Assembly: GCA_964016885.1 (NCBI GenBank)
Contig: OZ024740.1
Span: 130,076,001 to 130,140,000 of the forward strand
Direction: 5' to 3'
Origin: Eledone cirrhosa
Lineage: Eukaryota
Length of the DNA stretch: 64,000 nt
Below, one piece after another: positions 41,644-53,108 of the stretch (positions within the stretch are counted from its first letter, which is position 1; each line of letters starts with the position of its first letter). A model generated the notes under the pieces. It saw nothing but the letters and a program-made list of their open reading frames with translations. It was not told the DNA's origin and searched no databases. The translations under genes were made by a program, and so were the position numbers.

Positions 41644-42961
41644 CGTGTGTGTATGTGTGTGTGTGCCCATAATTATTGAACAAGTGAATTATTCTATATA
41701 TTATTATTAGGGGTAAGACTGAAATACATAAGCAAATATTATGAACACTGAAACATAATCAACAAAACCAATCTCTATTCTCATTACCAGCAGCCTCATT
41801 ACATAGCAATCATAGGCTACTTCAATATTATTATAATCATTAGCTTCATCAGTTTTACCTACACGCTCATCGGCAACTAAAACAACATAGAATACGTTTT
41901 TGGTGAAGATGACGAATATGTAACCGGCAAATACAACAATAGAGAGTTTGGATATATTCCATACATTGTATTATAGCACATAATAAAAGCTGTTAGCTAT
42001 TCACAATGCCAAAGCGACCTCCTAATGCGAACGACATACTTTCGTCGAGTCGTCAAAATGAATTATTGGAGAAACGCCTGGTGATTTAGCAAACCATATC
42101 ATATTCTCTACCTCCCAGCACAGTATGGTACTGACGCGCCTACTATATTACCTGTCAGTCATAATAACAAACATTTGCGCCCTCGCACAGAAAGCTGGTA
42201 GATATTTCATTGATATTCGAATAAAGCTATTCAATAGATTTAGAAATTTTTCACAAAGACAAAATTACCATTTACTTCTCACAAATTTTCCTGATATTTA
42301 TTGTTAAAACGCATGCTCAATTGTGATCAGCCGAAAGCACAATGACACACCTTACGGACTCAAACAGGTTTATATCAATGTATGTTTCGGTTTATTCATT
42401 TATGCTACTCCATCTATCTGTCACTATATTATTGAAAACATACAGCATATATATATATATGTTGTGTGTGTGTATGTGTGTGTGCATGTGTGTGTGCGCG
42501 TGTGTGTGCGTGTGTATGCGTGTGTGTGTGCGTGTGTGTGTGTACGTGTGTGTGTATGTATGTGTATGTATGCGTGAGTGTGTCTCTCTGTGTCTGTGTA
42601 TACACGTGGCATAGCTTTATATTTATACGGCAGTTAGTTCAATATGATAATAAACGATTTTCCTCTAAAGAGGAGTGAAATTCCTGCACAATTACCGTTC
42701 AAACTCGAGATTAAATTGTGACTAATCCCGGTCTTTAAAAAAAAAAACGCGATAATATGCTGAACTCCATACCTTTTGTTGAGTTTTTTTCGGAATGTTT
42801 TGACTGCTCTTTCATGTAAACAGACATTCGTCACATTCTGACGTTACTAGCCCTGTTCGCCATGTGTGTTTATTATCATAATTCCACACGAGGTGTACTA
42901 GCCTGCTTTTAAATTCCCTAACGGGCATATTTTAGCAGTTACTTTTGGTTATCCTGTTTCA

Positions 42962-43042
42962 GCTCTACTGATGAACGACTCCAAACGTGACTAACCCCAC
43001 TGAAAGGTTTCGTGAAATAGTCTTGTTAAGACTATATAGAAC
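42962..43042 (+). ncRNA. Full Type I hammerhead ribozyme
   Basis: TCTA, CTGATGA, ACGA...TCGT, GAAA, TAGTCTT gtt AAGACTA, TA, TAGA. Predicted cleavage after 43036. Confidence 0.88.
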
Positions 43043-43588
43043 ATTTGTAGTTTTTTTCCAAATTGAAGGATAAGTATTTAACCTTAATTTTATTCTGAGT
43101 TAACACTCTATTGGTTTTTGCCCTGCATTACACAAGATCTGTGGATAACGTTTGTGTTTTAACTTTTTTTTTAATTGAGTTTGAATTATTTTCCCATATC
43201 TTACGTTACATATTTTCCATGTTGACGTTATATTAACTTATATATTATGAAATACTGTTGGTTTCTTGCTCATACTAATTTCTCTATTTTCATTTATATT
43301 TATACTCGGAATTTTTCCTAGAATGCTTAAAATTATTTGTGACTAATCCAGGTCTTTTTTTTTAAACCCCGATAATATTGCTCTATGCTGAACTCCATAC
43401 CTTTTGTTGAGTTTTTTCGGAATGTTTTGACTCCTGTTTCTTGTAAACAGACATTCGTCTCATTCTGACGTCACTAGCCCTGTTCTACATGTGTGTTTAT
43501 TATCACAATTTTACACGAGGTGTACTAGCCTGCTTTTAAATTCCCCTTCTGGCCTATTTTACCAGTTACTTTTGGTTATCCTGTTTGA

Positions 43589-43668
43589 GCTCTACTGATG
43601 AACGACTCCAACCGTGACTAACCCCACTGAAATGTTTCGTGAAATAGTATTTTAAGACTATATAGAGC
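43589..43668 (+). ncRNA. Full Type I hammerhead ribozyme (second unit)
   Basis: GCTCTA, CTGATGA, ACGA...TCGT, GAAA, TAGT...ACTA, TA, TAGAGC. Predicted cleavage after 43662. Confidence 0.88.
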
Positions 43669-43974
43669 ATTTGTATGTTTTTCGAAATTGAAGGATAAGT
43701 ATTTAACCTTAATTTTATTCTGTGTTAAGACTCTATTGGTTTTTTCCCTGCATTACACAAAATCTGTGGATAACATTTCTGTCTTAAATTTTTTTGAATA
43801 GAGTTTTAATTATTTTCCCATATCTTACGTTAAATATTCTCCATCTTGACGTTATAGTCACTTACATCTTATGAAATACTGTTGGCTTCTTGCTCACAAT
43901 CATTTCTCTATTTTCATATATATATATATATATAAAAGAAAAAAATTAAAAGATGGTTAAAAAAGTTCCCTATA

Positions 43975-44040
43975 TTTTATTATCCGCATTTCGAAAACAA
44001 CATCATCATGGGACAACATGTGTGTTCTCATCAGATAAAA
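43975..44040 (-). ncRNA. Type I hammerhead ribozyme
   Basis: TTTTAT, CTGATGA, gaacac...gttttc, GAAA, tgcgga, TA, ATAAAA. Confidence 0.78.
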
Positions 44041-45878
44041 TAAGGTAACATGATATGAAGCCAAAAACACTTGTCAACAAAAAAGTGTCAAGTCTATATA
44101 TGAGATGAATATACGTGTAAGAAAAAGTTAGGAAAATAGAAGAAAAGGAAAGAAGAAGGAGAAAAAGGAAAAAGAAATAGAAGAGAGGAAAAAGAAAGAA
44201 GGAAGAGAGAGAATGAAAAAGAGAGAGAGAGATTTTTTATCATGAACGCTGTCAAAATGAAAACAGCTATACATAACGGTTAAAAAGTAAATTGATGAGG
44301 TGTATGTGCAAATATTATAGAAGGTGTTCAAATATTAGACGTCTAAAATATAGAAACTGGGAATATTATTTTATATTGGGTTTAAATACTAAAACTTGGA
44401 TTAAGAAGTGTAAAAATGTATTAATAAAATAAAATAAAATAACATTAAATTAAAATAAGTATAAAAAAGCTTTTTAAAATTAAATAAATTACAATAAAAA
44501 ATAGAAATAGTCTATCTATGTCAAAATTAAAAATGTCTTATTAAAAATCTATATATGTGAGGTATACTATTTAATTATTATTTTATATCAACGAGTAAAT
44601 AAAGGAAATTGCTAGAATGATTTATGAACGTAGAAAAACATATGACGACATGATTTGTTTACAAAATATACGAAGGTTTGAGCGAAAATCTAAGGCTATA
44701 GAAAAATGGTCAAAGGCTTAATATATGCTGAGAAAACTAAATTAATACATTGTAGAATATAATGAATTATGTGTAAAAAATATATGTGTAAAAAAATATC
44801 TTTAAAAGAAAAATGTGTAAAAAATTAACCATAATTCGTGGAATATGTTATAGGATATTAGCTATATACTTTGTGAAAGGTCTTGAAGGATTTATGATTA
44901 CAAAGACCAAATAAATTTGCTCCTATTTATTATTGAATTGAAATTTGAGATAATGGTAGATTTTTCCACTAGTCATAAATTATAAACACTAGATATGGAA
45001 GCATTGGAGTATGGAGAAGTGTTGTAGATTTTACGCCAAGAAATTTAGTAATGTTTTGTCTTTTAAGGACCAAATAAGTTCTGAGAGTGCGGTGGTGGTA
45101 GTTTTTAAGTAGATATTTAAATGTAGAAGAATGATTATAGAATATTGCTTTAAAAGCGGTAGAAGTAGAGCCAATGTAGGTATATGTATTGGTACTATTT
45201 ACAACTTTACATTCGTATACTAGCTTTTTATCGAGTCAGAAATTACTAAGAGGACAATTAATTCTAATAGGGCAGTTGCATTTACGATTAAGATTATTTA
45301 CAGAGTTATTTGCAAGAGGCCCAGGATTTATTATATTAGGAACTGGATTGGTGGAATTAACTAAAGGAGGTGTTAAAGTTTCCAGATTTACGTTACTATT
45401 TGATGTACTCCTCAAAGATACGTTTGACGTCGTATTTATATTTGTGTCATTTTACCTTGAGTTTACATTGATGTCGAACCTTATAGTGTTATTATTATGA
45501 CTCTCATGGTTGGATGCCTATGAGTTATTCTTTAATATTTTAGAATTATGTCTTGGGATAATTTTAGAAATGTTGGAAGTAGTGGAATATAAGAACGTAA
45601 TAGTATGGTTATGGAAAATCTTGCTATATAGTATGCTTATAGAAAATCTTGCTATATAGTATGTTTATTGAAAATCTTGCTATATAGCAAGATTTTCAAT
45701 AAGCATACTATTAATTGTTTTCCTTTTTTCCTCTCTTCTATTTCTTTTTCCTTTTTCTCCTTCTTCTTTCCTTTTCTTCTATTTTCCTATCTTTTTCTTA
45801 CACGTATATTTCCCTTATATGTAAATTTGACACTTTCTTGTTGACAAGTGTTTTTAGGCTTCATATCATTTTACCTTA

Positions 45879-45944
45879 TTTTATCTGATGAGAACACAAT
45901 TTTTGTCCCAGGATGATGTTGTTTTCGAAATGCGCATAATAAAA
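45879..45944 (+). ncRNA. Type I hammerhead ribozyme with palindromic stem III
   Basis: TTTTAT, CTGATGA, ..., GAAA, TGCGCA, TA, ATAAAA. Confidence 0.82.
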
Positions 45945-46569
45945 TGTCTGGAACTTTTTTAACCATAAGCGGTATGCCGGTTCAGCACTCTATTATCCTA
46001 CGGAGCAGATTATGATAGAATGGAAAACGAAAAATCAGTGATGCATCGGAACTCAATTTATTGCGTATTACAATTGTTTCCCCGGCGGACAGGTCGACGA
46101 GCCAATTGTGTGTGCATTGACCTGACTCTGGATTCACAGGTTCCCCAGATACGTCTATCGGTTTCGGAGCAGATACTCTTTCTGTGGTCTGACCCTACGG
46201 TCTATATCGTCCACCTTCATTCTGTTTACGCGTCCTTGGTTTGGTCACTGGTTAGTGACGGCATCATAATTCTTACCACTGGGAGCAGCCCAGCGACCAT
46301 TGGGGCGTGAGCTGTCACTGACCCAGAGTCCCATCGGCAAAATTACTGCTGTGTTTTCCCTTTCACACTCCCATACACACGCACATACACATGCACAGAT
46401 ACTCGGACAGATCCATATAGAGAGGCTCGCGTGCTTACGTTCACACAGGTTCCGACATAAATATATACACATATGCATATATACACACACACACATAAAC
46501 AGTCACCTGTATATATACATACATACACGCCCAACTGACATATACACAAATAGATATACATAAACTTAC

Positions 46570-46606
<37 letters not shown>

Positions 46607-46639
46607 TACACACCCACACACATACACACACACATACAT

Positions 46640-46699
<60 letters not shown>

Positions 46700-46701
46700 C
46701 C

Positions 46702-46812
46702 AGATCCCGCCGAGGTTGACTTTGCCTTTCATCCTTACAGGGTCGATAAAATAAAGTACCAGTAATACACTGGGTAATTGCTGGCCTTGTGCCTAAAGTA
46801 GAAACACTTATA
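46702..46812 (+). mobile_element. 5'-truncated SINE copy
   Basis: Matches the SINE core and tail. Confidence 0.82.
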
Positions 46813-47177
46813 GTTTTACAATAGATTAAAAGCACTCTACAAAAAAGTTTTTCTGGAGTTATTATTCAGAATAGTAATAAATGAAGACATTCACATGTTC
46901 AATGTATATGTTTTATTATATATATTTTGAAGATACTGTGCTGTTTTTCAGTACGTCCACATCAGATAAAATACATGAATTGATGTATGACATACCTCAA
47001 CGGTCTTGAAATTTCAATTCCAGTAACATGTAAAGAAACAAATAAATAAGCAAATACAAACACACACATACACCCGGATGTAACTCATGCGCAAACTAAG
47101 CACACGACACACGCAGAAATAAACTGGCGTAGGACAGAACAAACCAGAGGCACAAAACAAAAACAAAAGAATCCCCA

Positions 47178-47220
47178 GTCACTGAAGAGGTCACATAATG
47201 TGTGACGAAATAACTTTGAC
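47178..47220 (+). ncRNA. Minimal hammerhead-like motif
   Basis: GTCA, CTGAAGA, G, GTCACA taatg TGTGAC, GAAA, taac, TT, TGAC. Stem III is eroded. Confidence 0.62.
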
Positions 47221-47309
47221 AATATATGAACAACCGTTTGGTTGTGGAACCAGCCAACCAACCGGAAATTTATAAATGTTTATATTTAAACTTTAATTTA
47301 TAATACAAT

Positions 47310-48375
47310 GCATCACCACAAAAAACAACCACACGACCACCAGCATCATCAAAAACACCAACATCGCAAACACAACAAAACACTAATGCCCAACAGCAAC
47401 AAGAAAACAGCAACAAAATCACCTCTCCGACCAAAAAGTACACAGCCATAAACATGGCAAATAAAGAAGTCTTACAACATATAAAGCAGACCAAATTACT
47501 ACACCCCACCAAGACCAAGAACGCTTCCGAAAAACATAAACATCATTGAAATCAAAATATAATATTACAAACTTTTAAAAGAAAAATTCCCCAACGGAGT
47601 TGGAGACATCTGAGGGTTGGTTACCAAGAGGATATACACCGACATCCTCTTGGAAACACCCATGACCAGCCAAAGCGACGGTTCTACTGTCCCTTCACCA
47701 CACGATCAAGCTACGTCATCCTTTCTCACTTACCCCGTTTCTCATCAAACATGGCCGTACTTAGAATAGGCAGTATAAAGGTACCTGGAAGCAGGGTCAC
47801 ATGCTCAACGACCTCGGGTCACTAAGCATAGATGTGGTCGCCATCAGCGTGACCAGAATCTCCGAAACACGAGCCTTCGCCCCGATCTTCAACGTCTACA
47901 ATGTATACGTATCTCCCATCGTGCAGGTTCGGGGGGGAGGAGTTGCCGTGCTCTTTCGGAGAGGCTTGGATCTCGCTATATGGGCCATCTTCCTGGACAC
48001 AGAAAGTAAGTCGGTGGTGCTGGACTTGACCGGCAGCGAAGGCAATGCTTCCAGGCTAGTAGCCGTCTACGCCCCAACAGGTGCAGGACGGCCAGATTTC
48101 TTAAGACGTCTAGAGAATTTTCTTGGAACGTCCCACTCTTTAGTGTTAGTGTGCGACTGGAACGGTTTCTTAGATGCACGCTGTGATTATGTGGTGCTAG
48201 TAGTCAATCCAGGAGGGTGGAAAAGTTTCAACAACCTGTTCGGACGTTTTGAACTGTCTGACAGGTATAGACTGGATTATCCGAATGTGCCAATGTGGAC
48301 ATGGGCAAACCGCACACAAGTATGTGATCTGTAAATTTGACTCAGATAGACGACTCCATAGGGAAGGGCGCGGCT
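47310..48375 (+). mobile_element. Near-identical duplicate of the internal Tx1 segment 2004-3065
   Basis: Only a few substitutions, and it shares the deletions of copy A. Confidence 0.95.
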
Positions 48376-50870
48376 TCTTTCCCTTCAAGCTGTCCAAACA
48401 GCATCTTCTAGTTGTTGTCGAACATGCGGTTCTGTCTGTACTGGCTGACTCTGTTCTCGTATCGCCTGATTTTTTCACTCTTTGCTACAATGCGTTGCTT
48501 CAGTTCCTCTATGATAATATTTAGCTTTTTCCTCCTAGTTTTGTACTTTATTTGCAGTCTACTTCTAGTGTCTATGTTTTTTATTGTCCCATTCAGTAGG
48601 GACTCAATCTTTCGAATGTCATTTCTCATTTCCCTGATTTGATCACTCAGTCGTTTCTTCCACCAAGGCTCTGTTGTTTCCTCTCGCTTTTGTACCAAGT
48701 AGTTTCCTCACCGTATTTGCTGTTGCTTTGAGGATATTGTTGCACTGGTGAAGGCTCCTCGCCTCAAGGTATGGGATGACTTTGTTTACCTTAGCTGTTG
48801 TTTCTTTTAACTTGTTCCTGTCTAAAAATCTTTGGTTCAAAGGTCTCCCACTATCATTGTTAAATTCATCTACCACTAGGTTTAGGATATCAACCAAATC
48901 TTGTCCTAGCCCATCAGCATTCATCTCCTCAGTGGCCGTATCTCTGTTCCAGGTATTATTTATCTCAGAATTCAGATCATTGTCTGCTTCGGGTGGTTCC
49001 TCCGTTCTCTCGACCTCTTCACCTTCATTTCCCACTGGCTCGTTTGCCTGGCATACTCCACTCTCCATCTCCAAGCTAATCTCTCTGCGCAGTTCCTCCA
49101 GTTTCAGTTCGCTTATCCACCCATTAGTTCTTATTACCCGAGCCTGTCCGGCCAATTTTTGTTCATCTAATTTAAATAGAGCAATCTCGTTCCAGATGTT
49201 ATGCATCCGTTTCCTATAGCCTTTCTCCTTGTGGTTAATCTTCAGGAAACATTGCATAACAGTTCTATTCAATTCTTTCGTCCAGTTGGTTCTGGTCCCT
49301 TTCCTTCTTCTTCCTCCGACACCAGCAGTATTTGGTTGACAGCCAGGTCCCTGCTGCTGAGCCAGGGAGCAACTGTTGGGTGAGATTCTGTCACATGACA
49401 TTCTAGTCTCCATTTCACCGTTATTCGAACTGCTTATGTTCGACATTTAAACACTCTTATCGAGGATTGGCGAATGTATGGTTACATAACCACCGGTGAA
49501 TTCATCGTCTCCGGTGATTTTTGTGTGGCATTATCACGCTGTAGACGAACATAAATAAACAAACAAACAAATAGGCAAAAAAAAAACCCAAAAATGAATA
49601 AGCTTAAGTTTCATTGTAATGTAGTGTTTGAATGTCTGACTTAGTTTTTCCCTTCCCTTCTCTGTCCGTCTGTTTGTTTTTCTCTTCATTCTTATTTTCT
49701 TTACGTTTTTCGTTGTTGCTGTGCTGCTTTGATTTTGATTTTTGTTTTTTAATTTTGACCGGGTCATCAATTCAGTCTATTTATATATTTTGATGCCTTC
49801 CTCTTTTAGTGGGGTTTCTACGATGTAGCAGGGGGTAGCGGGAGAGAATAGCGGCGGTAGTGATAATGAGGCAGTGGTGGTGATGGTGGTGGCGGTGCTG
49901 TGCTAGCAGCAACTAGCAGGAGGTAGTGGGAGAGAATGCGGCGGTAGCGATAAATCATTATTAGGCAGTGGTGGTGATGTGATCGTATTACTGTAGTGAT
50001 GGTGTTGAAGTTGGAGTAGAAATAGCGGTTGAGTCGACTTAACCAGAGTTTCCATCGTGGTAGGGGTGGTGGTGTTGGTGGTGAAATTATCTTAATTATT
50101 TAGTCATTTTGTCATTTTCCTCCTTTTCCACTCTAACATTCCTGATCCAAAATTAAATATTAATCTTGTTTATTAATATTGTCTAGTGATACCGCCATCT
50201 TCCCCTTTCGTAAGTTAACCGAAGGTAATGGGTGGATAGCGGTGGTAGCAATGAAGGAGTGGTGGCTGCGGTGATTGGATAGTGGTAGTAATGATGGATG
50301 GGCGGCGGTGGCGATGACTGTAGTGATGGCGTTGTCGTTACTGAGTTTTGTTGAATGAACTTTAATTTTGTTTGATCGGTGAATCTATGGGGTGAGTTGC
50401 GTATATGTGTTGACATATTTTTCTTACTATTGGAATTAAACATTTTGTTAAAACTTGAGACAATAATAATAGTAATTACTATTATTATGCTGAGATTGGT
50501 GGTGGTCGTCGTTAAATTGCCGTTATCTGGCTGATGTGTTTAGTGTACACAGAGGGGTGATGGGGTAGGTGGTGTATCTAGCTTGTGGTGTTGGTGAAAT
50601 TGCTGTTATTTAGCTGTTCTATATGGTGTAGACAGAGGGATTTTTTCGTCCATTTATAACCATTTTTTTTTTTGAATATAAAACGTATAATACAAAATTA
50701 AATATTTGAGCGATATAACAATATATTATGGATCAGAATTTTTTGGGGACTCAAGCCGGATGTTTTATGTATCATTTGTACTAAGAATTGTTATTTCACA
50801 ATTGATTTAAATATGTTAAAAATCAAAATATACGGGAGCGATTTCACGACCTTCTATCCACCATGTGCGT
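48376..50870 (-). mobile_element. 5' portion of a second Dong-like element
   Basis: ORFs 48643..49446 and 48408..48698 are homologous to 8552-9763. The upstream region is homologous to 9770-10545, and the 5' end abuts (TAA)n. Confidence 0.88.
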
Positions 50871-50871
50871 C

Positions 50872-50897
50872 TTATTATTATTATTATTATTATTATT
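50872..50897. repeat. (ATT)n tract between Dong and Tx1 5' ends
   Basis: Seen directly. Confidence 0.95.
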
Positions 50898-51107
50898 GGC
50901 GACCTACATAGGAAATCGTATTATCGTGAGCTCCGCAAAGGTTTGTTATTTCCGTTTGTTTAAAAATTGCCATTTATGGAAAATTTTATTGTAAACTGTT
51001 TATAAGCACACATACATTGTTTTCCGAAAAGGACACCCAAAAAGATTGGGGCCTTGTGCCCAAAATTTTAACTTTTATTATTATCAAAAAATTTCTTTGA
51101 AAAAAAA

Positions 51108-53074
51108 ATGGCTACTTCACGAAGCAGCTGAAAGCCTTCCTCACAAAATAACACCTCACACCGACACCACCATTGTAAATGTTACTACGTTTGCCAACAC
51201 AAAAAAAAATATAAGCAGTAGCAATATTTTAAATTTGTCTCAGGCAGACATTCATTTCCCGCATTACCAATGACTGCAGGTGTTAAACCCTCCGCCACCA
51301 CCACCACCGCGACAACCACCACCACCACCACCACCGCGACAACAGAAACAAAAGAAGAAAAAAATAAATTAACTCGTGATGTCGAAATGAAATCAAGCAA
51401 AATGGACTCTTCCCCACCAAAGACGACTGACGTCACCACCACCACAACTGAAAATAAAATTAATATTAACGATAGCAACAACAACAACAATGACATTATA
51501 AAACCGACCCTCAGTTTCGCCATCGTAGCAAAACAATTCGAAGCGTTCACGGTAACTCAAGAAGATTTAGAAAATGCCAAACAAATGGTAAAGAAAGATG
51601 GGTACAGGGTCAGCCTCACCTCCCCACACCTAATAAAATGGAGCATAGGCGCCTGTGCACCGTGTCGTATAGAACAATAAATGTAAAATCGCGCCGAGTG
51701 GAACGGGCATCCGAGTCCCAAATCAAAAAAGCTTTGGGACATGTGTGGGCAAGAAAAACCCACATCAGACGTGGGCAAAAGTATGGAACCGTGGATGTGT
51801 TCTTTGAAACACCAGAGGAGGCTAGAGAACACTCCATGGCCCCATTAAAAAGTGACGACCTCACACTCGTCCCAAGCTATTGTGGCCAGAGACTCGTAAA
51901 GATCAGGGTGACCCACGTTCCACCGGCCATCGAAATTCCCTGGCTAATAGCGGCTGTCCTCGCCGGCATCGAAGCCAACACGAAAATAATAGCAGTAGCA
52001 AAAGAAAAGCAGGAAAACTGGTCCGGATCTGGGATGGAGCTCCTGATCCAAGCGGACCAAAAAAGCATTGAGGAGATCCCAGAGGTAATAGACCTCACTG
52101 ACGGCAGCCACCTCACGGTAATTGTCGAGGGCAGAAGACCTAGGTGTGTCGTTTGTGGTGAAGGAACCCACCTAAGGGTTTTCTGCCCTCAGGCTAAAAG
52201 GTTGAGGCCACCTCTCCTGCCCAACCCAGTGACACAACCATCAACACCACCAGTAGCAGAGATGGCAGCAACAACTGTAGCAGCAACAACAGAAGCTACT
52301 ATAACAGCAACAACCCCAGCAACAGTAGCAAAACCAACACCACTACCACCACCAGCAAAACCAACACCACCACCACCCAACGCTTCAGAACTAGCACCAG
52401 CGCCTACACCATCCACCACACCACAACCAAAACTAACGGCTGTGGAGGATTTTCCACTCCCCGGCCTATCACAACTGGAGACAGATTGTGACGACGAGGA
52501 GTGGGAAACGATATCCGGAAAAAAAAAAAGAAACCAAAAAAGAAAAAAGTCTCTTCCTTCCCCCTCCAAAAACAAAATACAGAGGGAAACAAATAAACTA
52601 AGAAACAGAAAAGTTAGGACAGATATGCCAGCATCACCAACCCCATCAACCCAAAGACCAACACCATCACCATCATTATCCCCAGCACCACCATCACCTA
52701 CAACACAAAAGTCACCAAAATGCGAAACAGAAACAAACCCACAACAAACGCAAACAAAACAAAACAACCAAAACGATACACACTACACAGCATTAAATTT
52801 GAACAACAAGCAATTATTACACTACATCCAACACAACACCAGCATCACAGAAAAAGACTACACAACAACCCCAAAATTCACACCACCTCCACACATACAA
52901 ATCACTCGCATCACACAGAAAACGTACATGACACTAAAACAAAAATTCCCCAAAGACATCGGAGACTTCCGACAAGCACTCTCCAGGAGGATTTATAAGG
53001 ACATCCTTCCTGAGGAGGCCACCAGCAGTGAAAAGGATGGAAAAGCCGTCCTTCCCCTACGAGAAGTAAGGTAA
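51108..53074 (+). pseudogene. Tx1 ORF1 with CCHC knuckle, frameshifted near the N-terminus
   Basis: ORFs 51270..51680 and 51638..53074, with CVVCGEGTHLRVFC and a Pro/Thr-rich tail. The start at ATG 51108 is inferred. Confidence 0.85.
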
Positions 53075-53108
53075 GTGGTCTTTCCCATCTTTTCTACTCC
53101 TTTTCAAC

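Larger units (their letters stand above)
42716..43915 (+). mobile_element. Non-coding tandem duplication (~620-bp period) with one HHR per unit, retrozyme-like
   Basis: ~42716-43293 matches ~43337-43915. No RT ORF. Ends at (TA)n. Confidence 0.75.
43935..45967 (-). mobile_element. 5'-truncated PLE (GIY-YIG end) with inverted terminal repeats
   Basis: Minus strand KCNCPIRINCPL...LVYECKV...YTYIGST is homologous to 27202..28254. ~45718-45966 is the reverse complement of ~43953-44192. Confidence 0.85.

Noticed and set aside
42716-43915. CRISPR array or LTR pair
   Set aside because: The context is eukaryotic with no short repeat-spacer pattern. There are no clear TG...CA termini, primer-binding site or internal domain.
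45236-45238. TGA aligned with a conserved Cys of the PLE CNC..CPL..C motif, suggesting selenocysteine as reported for some Naiad PLEs
   Set aside because: It is a single-base change in an otherwise decayed copy. The related element at 27202..28254 has Cys, a similar Cys-to-TGA decay occurs in Tx1 copy A at 5005-5007, and no SECIS was recognised.
45970-46350. GC-richer segment with 83-96 aa ORFs
   Set aside because: No recognisable motif or structure supports a call.
50820-50870. HDV-like ribozyme at the Dong 5' end
   Set aside because: The nested double pseudoknot could not be assembled by eye. A descriptor search is needed.
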